DNA of 64,000 bases, taken from the sequence record OM456492.1; one strand, written 5' to 3'. Within the stretch, counting starts at the first letter, position 1, and each line of letters begins with the position of its first letter. Below, one piece after another: positions 37,922-45,955 of the stretch. The notes below the pieces were generated by a model. It worked only from the letters and a program-made list of their open reading frames with translations, had not been told where the DNA came from and did not search any database. A program made the position numbers and the translations under genes.

Positions 37922-38743
37922 TCAGCGAAGGGCGTCGGTAGTCTTACCGTGGGAGTTAACCACGTAGACTTCGTCGCCTTTATAAAACAGTTCGTACAAC
38001 GCACCGGTACTGATCTGGTTATCAGGATCGTATCCAGATTCTTCTTCGATGCACATTGCGCCAATCAATTCATCGACTGACCGGTCGCCAGGGCGAGCGC
38101 CTTTTAAAACAGTAACAACGCATTCACCATTAACCCATTGAGACTGCTCCTGGACATCGGTGAACTCCATTACTGGTCCCGATTCCAATTCAACTTGCTG
38201 CAGCTCTTCCTGGGTGTAGATAATAATCTTCATATCGCTGTCAGGCGACGGTTTGTACCAACCTAATTTCTCTGGTGGTGTACCGTAACCAACGATTTCA
38301 CCACAAATATTATCCACAGCATCGGGTATACGTGAACCCGTGTCCAGTATCAGAACAGCATTACCTTTATCATCCAGCACATAGCTGATAAAGTCACGCA
38401 CATTGCAGTTAAACAGCACAATGTCGTCCAAGTCGGGAATAACAAGATTAGGGAAAAGCTGTTTCAGATACAGATGACCCGATTTTTGATCTTCTTGCAT
38501 TCGAGTCACCCAACTGTAATAATCGGACGGGTGCTTTGTAATCGGATCAGGTACGTCGGCGGCGACGCGTTTTAATCCTGGATTAACTGCTAAAAAATCA
38601 TCATCGACAACGATGTCGAAGCGCTCGTTCTCGAGCATTTTTAATGCCTCGCGGAATACACGAGACTTACGGTCACCGATACGAACCTTTTCATGTTCGG
38701 TAATGATGCGGTCACCATCAATCACACGTTTAACTGTAAACAT
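37922..38743 (-). CDS. Hypothetical protein (273 aa; MFTVK...GDEVYVVNSHGKT type)
   Basis: AAGGA SD before ATG 38743. Confidence 0.7.
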   Translation of the reverse strand: MFTVKRVIDGDRIITEHEKVRIGDRKSRVFREALKMLENERFDIVVDDDFLAVNPGLKRVAADVPDPITKHPSDYYSWVTRMQEDQKSGHLYLKQLFPNLVIPDLDDIVLFNCNVRDFISYVLDDKGNAVLILDTGSRIPDAVDNICGEIVGYGTPPEKLGWYKPSPDSDMKIIIYTQEELQQVELESGPVMEFTDVQEQSQWVNGECVVTVLKGARPGDRSVDELIGAMCIEEESGYDPDNQISTGALYELFYKGDEVYVVNSHGKTTDALR

Positions 38744-38809
38744 GTTGCTTTCCTTCTTACTTCTACTATTGCTGCTTCTATTGGTAGTCCACGACATATC
38801 CCTCGTGGG

Positions 38810-39117
38810 TGGGTTCGGTGTGTAACCGAATAAGTTTTCTGCTCCCAGGGCAACGCACCAGGCTTAATTGATTTAGTTGGCTAACTAGGAACAGAAAAGG
38901 GTGAACAAACCAGGGCGCGAGGTGGCTCAGTATCGATGCGTAAGAAAAACCCAAACGGCCCTGGTCTGTAATTTGGCCCGAAGTCACCGTGTCGGAGGAC
39001 AGCCCATGCAGGTAGGCGGCAATGGACACGGTGACCGCGGAAGTGGTTCGTGTTACCCTTGACCCGTGTGTGGATACGCGTCTTATTTCGAATGCCTTCG
39101 GGATAAGGATAACACAA
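38810..39117 (-). ncRNA. Candidate structured ncRNA (~300 nt) 3' of tRNA(CAU)
   Basis: Four long helices, including a 14-bp helix (38835-38848/38885-38898) that pairs fully only on the minus strand (2 G-U); no credible ORF. Confidence 0.55.
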
Positions 39118-39118
39118 A

Positions 39119-39199
39119 TGGGGCGAGCAAACGGACGGATTCGAACCGTCGAAATATCCGATTATGAGTCGGGTGTTAATTCCTCTAACTTCGCTGCTC
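39119..39199 (-). tRNA. Atypical tRNA with CAU anticodon (Met elongator or Ile2)
   Basis: D stem GTTA/TAAC, anticodon loop CT-CAT-AA, T arm GACGG-TTCGAAT-CCGTC; extended bulged acceptor stem; 3' GCCCCA. Confidence 0.7.
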
Positions 39200-39200
39200 T

Positions 39201-39269
39201 TGCTTTGACCGGTCTCGAACCGGCGACCTTCCTCAAAGAGGTTGCTCTACCTACCTGAGCTACAAAGCC
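39201..39269 (-). pseudogene. tRNA-like element with a collapsed anticodon loop
   Basis: GGCTTTG-TA-GCTC-AGGTAGGTA-GAGC, arm CCTC-TTT-GAGG, variable region AGGTC, T arm GCCGG-TTCGAGA-CCGGT, CAAAGC; no encoded CCA. Confidence 0.7.
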
Positions 39270-39647
39270 ATTGTAAGGTGCCGGTGCATCCCGGCGTGTG
39301 TTAGTGCAGTCAGCTCCCTCGGGCCTATCTGCGGCAACACGTTGCCCGGCGCACCGACATATACCACAGTAACCTCGTAAAGTCACTCTGGTATTGTTCG
39401 TTGCATATTACTAAGTTATCACGTAAACGATTTCACCACTTCCAATAATTAACCTAAATTCATTTCTGAATGCAGGTGATGGACTTCTTCTTCTGAGCCT
39501 GGCCATAAGGTCAGGTCTTAGCGTCTCCAAGCACCACCCGCTATCACGTACATTCGTGGCGTACCGGCCGTATGAGGTACCGCGCCTACGGTGACACACA
39601 GTCACCCTAACACTGGGAACTCAATCCCATTCGGTTATCAGATTGTG

Positions 39648-39769
39648 GATTTACAGGCGTAGCATGGCGGCTTAATGGGCCGGTGCTTGCCTGTCCCCTA
39701 GGGACGGTTGTCGTGGAGACGCCAGTCTGTAAGTGGGGCCCTTACGGGAAAACCCATCGCCTGTAAACC
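39648..39769 (-). ncRNA. Candidate multi-way-junction RNA (~122 nt)
   Basis: 12-bp closing helix (39648-39659/39758-39769) enclosing five hairpins. Confidence 0.5.
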
Positions 39770-40044
39770 AAACATGACTGAATACCCAGAACCGGACGTT
39801 TGAAATCAACATCCTGATGTACTGGAGTATTTCATGCATAAACGTGTCTCGTATCGAATGAGGTTATGACCGGTCAGATACCCAGCATCCTGTACAAGCG
39901 ACCTGGTGCTTTGTGTACCTGGCTGCTACGGATTTATCGGTTTACCGTAGGTCTGAGCTGCTACCGGCTCATGCGGGACATCAACCCGCACAATCTGAGT
40001 AAGTATCATGGCTCGAATAGGGTTAGTGGGCCGAAGCCCACTGT

Positions 40045-40299
40045 TTAGCCAGCATTGAACGATTCATGAACGACGGTCCCAGCAGGATAGTGCGTAGTGC
40101 CGATAAGAGTAACGGTCAGGGTAAGCCCTTCATCCCAGCGCTCTTTCGGTAACCAGCGGCAGTCCATCCAATGACCACAGTCGGGAGGAATTGCACACGC
40201 AGCTTGCTCCGTAGGAGCCGCCACGATTATGGAATCAAATTCATCATACCCGATATCGTCAGTTCGTTCTAGCAAGTACAAATTCATGTTGTTCTCCAA
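40045..40299 (-). CDS. Small phage protein (MNLYLL..GYDEFDSIIVAA..SFNAG type)
   Basis: GGAG SD; pattern I recall from phage hypothetical proteins. Confidence 0.75.
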   Translation of the reverse strand: MENNMNLYLLERTDDIGYDEFDSIIVAAPTEQAACAIPPDCGHWMDCRWLPKERWDEGLTLTVTLIGTTHYPAGTVVHESFNAG

Positions 40300-40351
40300 C
40301 AGTTGACAAATCTGTGTCTTCTGTGTTGAACCTGAATTTGTTGGCTAAATG

Positions 40352-40427
40352 TGGCGGGGGCACGAGGTTTCGAACCTCGAACCTTCGGTTTTGGAGACCG
40401 GTGCGCTACCAATTGCGCCATACCCCC
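40352..40427 (-). tRNA. trnW: tRNA-Trp(CCA)
   Basis: 76-nt cloverleaf: GGGGGTA/TGCCCCC, anticodon loop CT-CCA-AA, T arm CGAGG-TTCGAAA-CCTCG, encoded CCA. Confidence 0.95.
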
Positions 40428-40520
40428 AGAATTCTTTAAACGTGTTTATACGGATGCGCTACCCCGTTATCGCAGGCGATTGATGGGGTCAAGCTTGCGT
40501 GCTTCTGACTCCCGCATGAT

Positions 40521-41012
40521 TCACCTCCGTAGTTCGTAAGTGCTAATCTCACCACCGGTGTAGATATCGCATTCGGACGCAATCTCAACAGCACGAACCG
40601 CATTCGCGCCCATCTTCATCGCACCCAACGCATACTCGTAACCGCTTCCGGTTGCCAGAGGTGGTGTGGCTTCACTCCACCACAACGACACGTCGTCTTC
40701 ACGCTTCCCACCGACTATCGCTTTCCCTGAGGCCAGAAGCATCAGGAAAGTAAAATCCATCTTCGCAGGTAACTGCGAGCTTTGTGTTAACCCCTTGTAG
40801 CCGGGTCTCAAGCGGATAGTTTCCAGCAGGGCCAATTGTCCTGTGATGTCGCCGCTTACCCCGAACACCACAATTCGTTCACCGGTAATCCACCACTCCT
40901 CGTCAGGAGGACAGACGAATAACTTCTGGGTATTCAGGTTGCAGATATTCGACCCACGGGTTAACTGGCCGTCAGCAGCTAAGACTTTTCCATCGAACGC
41001 TATCGTGGTCAT
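40521..41012 (-). CDS. Ntn-hydrolase, HslV/proteasome-beta-like threonine peptidase
   Basis: N-terminal MTTIA..LAAD, conserved K, ATGSG..ALGAM, D..TGG; GGAG SD. Confidence 0.8.
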   Translation of the reverse strand: MTTIAFDGKVLAADGQLTRGSNICNLNTQKLFVCPPDEEWWITGERIVVFGVSGDITGQLALLETIRLRPGYKGLTQSSQLPAKMDFTFLMLLASGKAIVGGKREDDVSLWWSEATPPLATGSGYEYALGAMKMGANAVRAVEIASECDIYTGGEISTYELRR

Positions 41013-41069
41013 GATTTAATTCTCCGTTTGGTTTATCATACCTCACGCAGAATCTGTAAATTTTAATCA

Positions 41070-41900
41070 GCCAGGTACCGTCGTTTCTCAACGGGAGTAC
41101 CCACCCCTCTCGTCTGTTCCGAGCCGCCAAGATTTGGACCAACCTCCTCGTCGGAGTTATCCCCCAAGTCTGCGGTTCTACACGCAGACCCCTTTTCGAC
41201 GCAACGCCGAATTCGAATCAGTTTTGGCCCGACGCCAGAGCGGAATCAGCGATAACTATCGGAGGTAAGTTCAACGACGTCTCTCCGCTGCCCAGTCCTC
41301 TGGCGCTGCCACGGTCAACTCGGATTTTGTCATGGGTGCGCAGTCGACTTTCTCGACACTCTCGCAAACCGAACTACGCCCGACGTAGCACCGTCGGCAG
41401 GTCGGTTATCTACCGAGTACCTGAATGGGTGGTGATTGTCGGAATCCCCGCCGACGCTCACCGGTTCTGTTCCACGGCGAAAGTTTTCCAGAACATAATA
41501 AATCACGCAGTGTTAGATTGCGCTTTGTCGAAGACACCACGGCAGGTATTTTCGAAAAAGCGTCCTGGGTATCAATCCCAGGACTTGGAGCCCTAGCGTG
41601 CAGGGTTTAAAAAGTGATTGGACCATTGGCGCGGTCAATCGCTATTCGCATATAACAACAAACTCACGTAATCAAAAAATTACCGGCTCGAGGCGTAGGC
41701 GTCCAGGAGCCGGTGAGTCACACAGCAGTGAGTCCCTCTGCGGGGATTTTCGTGGAGCTTGTCGTTGGAATAAAAATCCGTCCCTGGACGGGTTGGTGGT
41801 GTGGGTCGACTTGTCAGAGTCTGCCGTCCAGGGAGGCGGCCACCGAAGCTATGGGTTTTGGACATCGAGTGGTGGTCTGAACACACGATAGGGAAACCAC
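41070..41900 (-). ncRNA. Candidate large structured ncRNA (~830 nt)
   Basis: More than 12 helices of 5-11 bp; G-U pairs and GAGA/GAAA loops favour the minus strand; no credible ORF. Confidence 0.55.
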
Positions 41901-41959
41901 GTAAAAAATACACAGGGTACCCAAACCAGGACGTCTGTCCGATCACGATCTCTTAATAA

Positions 41960-42130
41960 GGATCACGCGCGCGCCCGCACGCGTTTTAAGATCTTAATAT
42001 ATTAATATATTTATTTATATAAATAATTATAATAATTAAATATAATACCTAAAGGTATTATTATATTTAATATTATTATATATTTTAAAAGATCCTGGAG
42101 GATACGGGTGCGCGCACGCGCACGCGTATA
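41960..42130. other. AT-rich palindromic core flanked by CG/CA alternating runs (origin-like)
   Basis: About 7 G/C in ~110 nt (41984-42093); central ATAATACCT-AA-AGGTATTAT; GCACGCG on both flanks. Confidence 0.55.
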
Positions 42131-42729
42131 AGGAAAGGGTCTTCGACCCGATCCACAGGATCAATCTAAAAAACAATCTAAGTGATTGTTTTAAAAAGAA
42201 ATTTTTAGAATTAGATTAAATTATCCCCTAAGGGGGATTTTAGAGCGAGTTAAACAACCCAAAAGAACTCGTAAGTAACCGACAGTGTGTGTCGGTTACA
42301 GAACGATCCAGTTTTCACCCAGACATGGCACGAAGTGCTACCCAACGTGTGATCGTCGCGGCGACCGGCGACCGTCGACCCGGAACCGAAACGGGAATGG
42401 CTCTCTCGCGCTCTCAGCGGGCCGCTGGCGCGATTTTCCGGTATGGGGAACCCAAGTGTACTGGGTTGGGTATAAATCTCGTTCTAGCGCTTTCTAGAGC
42501 GTTTTTAATAACTGGTTAAAAAACATACAATCCCGAATCCCCATTCCCTGAATTTCCTCGCACCGACAAAAATAAATTCACTAACTCGATGCAAGACCCC
42601 CTCTAAAACGCACGTAACCTACCCTAGAAAACGATAAACCATCAAAAATGAGCTACCCTACATCCGGACCACTTAATCGTTTTCTGACGTCTCCTAGACC
42701 CCCTTTAACCGGCCGGTTAAAAAATAATC

Positions 42730-42779
42730 AAAAAAACAAAAAAAAATAAGATTGGCGTACTCCCCGAAGAGAGTACGCC
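42730..42779 (-). terminator. Intrinsic terminator
   Basis: GGCGTACTC/GAGTACGCC stem plus a long T tract on the minus strand. Confidence 0.8.
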
Positions 42780-42786
42780 TAGTGAC

Positions 42787-43341
42787 TTAACACTTGATGG
42801 TATAGCCATCAAGGCCAAGGTGTACTGGTTTTATCCATAACCCTGGCTCCCCGAAAATATTCAGGTCGTAAGTTTGGTAATGCATGATCTTTGCAGGAAC
42901 ATGCACACCCATGCGTTGCAGAAATTCCCAGACGGCGACGTAGCGTTCACGAGTGATGAACATTAACCCGGAGTCGAACCCGGAACCGATGTCTAGGAAA
43001 TTACCAAGAGAACTATCAAAACTTGACACACCGTCTTGAGTAAGTGCGACCAACCCTTTAGTTAAATCTCTGTGGTTGTCAATGAAGTTACAGAGATCTA
43101 CGATGGTTATTTGACCGTAAATACGACGGAGGACGGCAGCAACAGCCAAAATCTCGCTGGTATTTCCGTAGTCACCTAAAGGGTTATGGTCCATCATCGC
43201 AGTAATTATGCTTGTGTCGCAGAGGTCGATTAACCGCTGGTCGTGTACCACCAGGTTAAGTCCTTGCCCCACCCGCATGGTTGGCGCAGTAAACATAGGA
43301 GGCTCCTTACGTTTTGACTGACTGTGAAGGTACTCTGGCAT
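42787..43341 (-). CDS. Hypothetical protein (start probably at MFTAP)
   Basis: 184-aa ORF, AAGGAG SD upstream of the internal ATG. Confidence 0.65.
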   Translation of the reverse strand: MPEYLHSQSKRKEPPMFTAPTMRVGQGLNLVVHDQRLIDLCDTSIITAMMDHNPLGDYGNTSEILAVAAVLRRIYGQITIVDLCNFIDNHRDLTKGLVALTQDGVSSFDSSLGNFLDIGSGFDSGLMFITRERYVAVWEFLQRMGVHVPAKIMHYQTYDLNIFGEPGLWIKPVHLGLDGYTIKC

Positions 43342-44440
43342 CGTACATTAAAAAGATTTCCAGCAGACTCATACCCGTCGCGTAAAAGATTTGGTCTGTA
43401 ATGACACTCGCCAACGCTTCTGGGTCTATTGCATCTACTGCAAAATCACTGTCGAACTGCCAGAACTCGACGTCATCCCCCTTTTCAAACGCCGCGGCAT
43501 ACAATCCAGGTTTCACACCACGCCGGAACGAAAAGAGTTTTGCGTCAGACTCAGTGTCCTTACCATAAATTTCCCCGTCGGTCCGTGTGATCGCTGCGCG
43601 TTTACACCGAGTTACCGTAAGGAGCGCACGGTTTGTGGATGCTTGCGATTTAAACGGATAGGGGCCATCGTATGTCGGGACATTCTGGTCTCCTAAGGCA
43701 TCAAGTGCCTTACTCCGATAGACTACCGGAGACTTAAAGTTACACAGTCGATTCCCTTCGGTAAACATTGTGTATTCGACCTTAACGTCGGTACCGACGA
43801 GGTCAGCAGGGGACACTTTGTAGTGTGCTAACTGTCCCTGCACGCGGCGAGAGAGCATCGATGCCAGGAAGGTATGGTTGCCCTGTGTACGCAAGACATA
43901 CCCAAACTCTGTGCAGTCGATAATACGTGCGTCCATACGTCGTACAGGCTCCAGCCGATAAGTCACATCGTTAGCTTCGATAAGAAACTGACTGATGCTA
44001 ACATCGCGAGATCGGTGTTTGATTGCTTCAAACACTTCACCCGCTTCCAGAATAGCTGGTTCAATTACATTGACCTGAAATGGGAGGGGCTTCGTTGGCC
44101 GTTGACCCATTGTTGTCACTGTCATCGAACGTAGCCACGGGTCGTCCTCGCTAGGGTCATTGGAGAGCCAATGCGTTAACCAGCGAGAAAGATTCTGGGG
44201 AATCGTTGCGGTTGAATATAAAATCACGGTACCCATTATGCCTGCATCAGCTAGCAAGCGTGCGAGTACCGTGTTCATCGAATCGTATTTGCCATTTCGA
44301 AGAATAGGCAATCCTCCGACCTGGACCATTTCGCAGATGACGCCGTGTGGCAACACCCACATCTTCACTTGTTGGGCAGAATGTATCTGCCCAGTGCGCA
44401 GCTTTTCTTGCCACGCGTGCTTACGTTCAAAGTTCATCAT
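43307..44440 (-). CDS. Hypothetical protein with a DNA-ligase-like OB segment; catalytic KxDG absent
   Basis: LVGTDVKVEYTMFTEGNRLCNFKSPVVYR resembles ligase OB-fold C-termini; GGAG SD. Confidence 0.5.
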   Translation of the reverse strand: MMNFERKHAWQEKLRTGQIHSAQQVKMWVLPHGVICEMVQVGGLPILRNGKYDSMNTVLARLLADAGIMGTVILYSTATIPQNLSRWLTHWLSNDPSEDDPWLRSMTVTTMGQRPTKPLPFQVNVIEPAILEAGEVFEAIKHRSRDVSISQFLIEANDVTYRLEPVRRMDARIIDCTEFGYVLRTQGNHTFLASMLSRRVQGQLAHYKVSPADLVGTDVKVEYTMFTEGNRLCNFKSPVVYRSKALDALGDQNVPTYDGPYPFKSQASTNRALLTVTRCKRAAITRTDGEIYGKDTESDAKLFSFRRGVKPGLYAAAFEKGDDVEFWQFDSDFAVDAIDPEALASVITDQIFYATGMSLLEIFLMYDARVPSQSVKT

Positions 44441-44512
44441 CGGGTAAAATCTCCTTCAGGTATACTCTCAGTATGATAACATATATCCGTAAATTTTTAG
44501 AGGTTTAGTGCC

Positions 44513-45889
44513 ATGTCTGAACTGGTTTATGATTTCAGTACCGGTTGTTATCGCGATACCGGAGTGAAGGTTGCCGTCGAATCATTCGGACGTGACCCAT
44601 TCTTCGACGATGACACGTATTCTACGGGCTTGTACTACGACTATGGTTTTGGCGGCTACGTCCCGATGGGATTGGTGGTTGCTGCAGAAGCCATGAAGAA
44701 TGACCGATTACGTAAAGTGTTTGACGAATGCTTTAAACATGTCGTCATCGATCGTCGTTTTGCAAAGCAAATTCAACTTCACGTGGATAACATTCTTAAA
44801 CGTGAAGGCAATGTGGAGTGGTTAGGGTCTAACCTGCTAGGTGTCCACACTATCCGTTTTTACGATTCTGACCGTAACCGCTTTTTTGAAGATGTCTTGA
44901 AAGTGGATGAAGATTATCTGTTCGAGATGATTAAAGAATCGGGTACGATTAACACCGACTGGGCAGTGGCTGGTGATCCGTATAACCTCTCTACGGTGTA
45001 TACTCTACATCGAATGATGCCGAAATTCGCCGATCGTGAAATCCACGCCGCGGCTGTATCGTTAGTAACGCTTCTGCAATTCAAATTCTACTCCAGTATA
45101 TACTACCACTTCTTCCCCAAGCCGGTCGACATGGCCGCCGCTGACGCTGCGTATTCAATGCTGTCGTTAAAGTTCGATATTCGACGTTTAGGTAACTGGG
45201 GCTTGCACATGCAGGAGCGTTCAGAATACTTCTGTTCCCCAGAGTACCCAAACTACGATGCGGTTAAACGCTTCGATACGCCGGATTTGGTGCTGCGCTT
45301 CATCACCGACTTGAACACCCGTACCAAACAAACCGTGAAAGACTATTACGCGGTACTGGACAAAGTGCGACGTGATAACAGCCGTGTGATTACGCAGTCA
45401 ACACGTATTGAGTTAGACGGCGAATCGATTATTCGTGATAAAGTGGGCGCGTTGGATATCGCTAAGCAGAATCTGTTCGATGCGTCTTACGATATCAACA
45501 ATCTTTACAAAGAGCAATTAGCAAAAGTGGTGTTGGAGCTAGTACCCAAAGCATCTCCCGCGGCACTGAAAACTTTGCTGGCGTATATTGCAAGTCTACC
45601 GCTTGGCAAAAAGCGCGATGAAATTAACGCTATCATGGAGGACACGTTATCGCACGCGTTCGACGAAATTGTTACCTCTCGTCTGAACTTTAACGACGCG
45701 AGTACGGTTCTGCTACGTATGCGTTCGTTGTACCAGGCCTCGAAGTCCCCTAACCCGTACGTGTTATCGTTACGTGAACGGATTGAGAAACTGGCTGCAC
45801 GAGAAACACATATCCGCCATGAAGCCGCCTTGGCCGCTTTGCGTAATGCGTTGTTGTTGTACTTCTTGATCCGCTCTTTGCAGAAATAA
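44513..45889 (+). CDS. Conserved jumbo-phage virion protein (458 aa)
   Basis: Long ORF, GAGG SD, terminator downstream; next to terminase. Confidence 0.75.
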   Translation: MSELVYDFSTGCYRDTGVKVAVESFGRDPFFDDDTYSTGLYYDYGFGGYVPMGLVVAAEAMKNDRLRKVFDECFKHVVIDRRFAKQIQLHVDNILKREGNVEWLGSNLLGVHTIRFYDSDRNRFFEDVLKVDEDYLFEMIKESGTINTDWAVAGDPYNLSTVYTLHRMMPKFADREIHAAAVSLVTLLQFKFYSSIYYHFFPKPVDMAAADAAYSMLSLKFDIRRLGNWGLHMQERSEYFCSPEYPNYDAVKRFDTPDLVLRFITDLNTRTKQTVKDYYAVLDKVRRDNSRVITQSTRIELDGESIIRDKVGALDIAKQNLFDASYDINNLYKEQLAKVVLELVPKASPAALKTLLAYIASLPLGKKRDEINAIMEDTLSHAFDEIVTSRLNFNDASTVLLRMRSLYQASKSPNPYVLSLRERIEKLAARETHIRHEAALAALRNALLLYFLIRSLQK

Positions 45890-45897
45890 AATAAAAT

Positions 45898-45925
45898 GCC
45901 ACCTCTCCAGTTTCGGAGAGGTGGC
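45898..45925. terminator. Bidirectional terminator
   Basis: GCCACCTCTCC/GGAGAGGTGGC stem between convergent genes. Confidence 0.8.
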
Positions 45926-45955
45926 TACGTCGTATTTTTTCGAGTTAAAGTTGAT

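Noticed and set aside
39201-39269. tmRNA interpretation of the anticodon-less tRNA
   Set aside because: No G3-U70 alanine identity pair, no long insert with a tag ORF, no encoded CCA.
38778-40048. 60-83-aa ORFs across the RNA island
   Set aside because: No SD; they overlap tRNAs and helices in conflicting frames.
41327-41946. ORFs of 61-97 aa on both strands
   Set aside because: No SD, Arg/Ser/Gly-rich composition typical of non-coding GC-rich DNA; RNA structure explains the region better.
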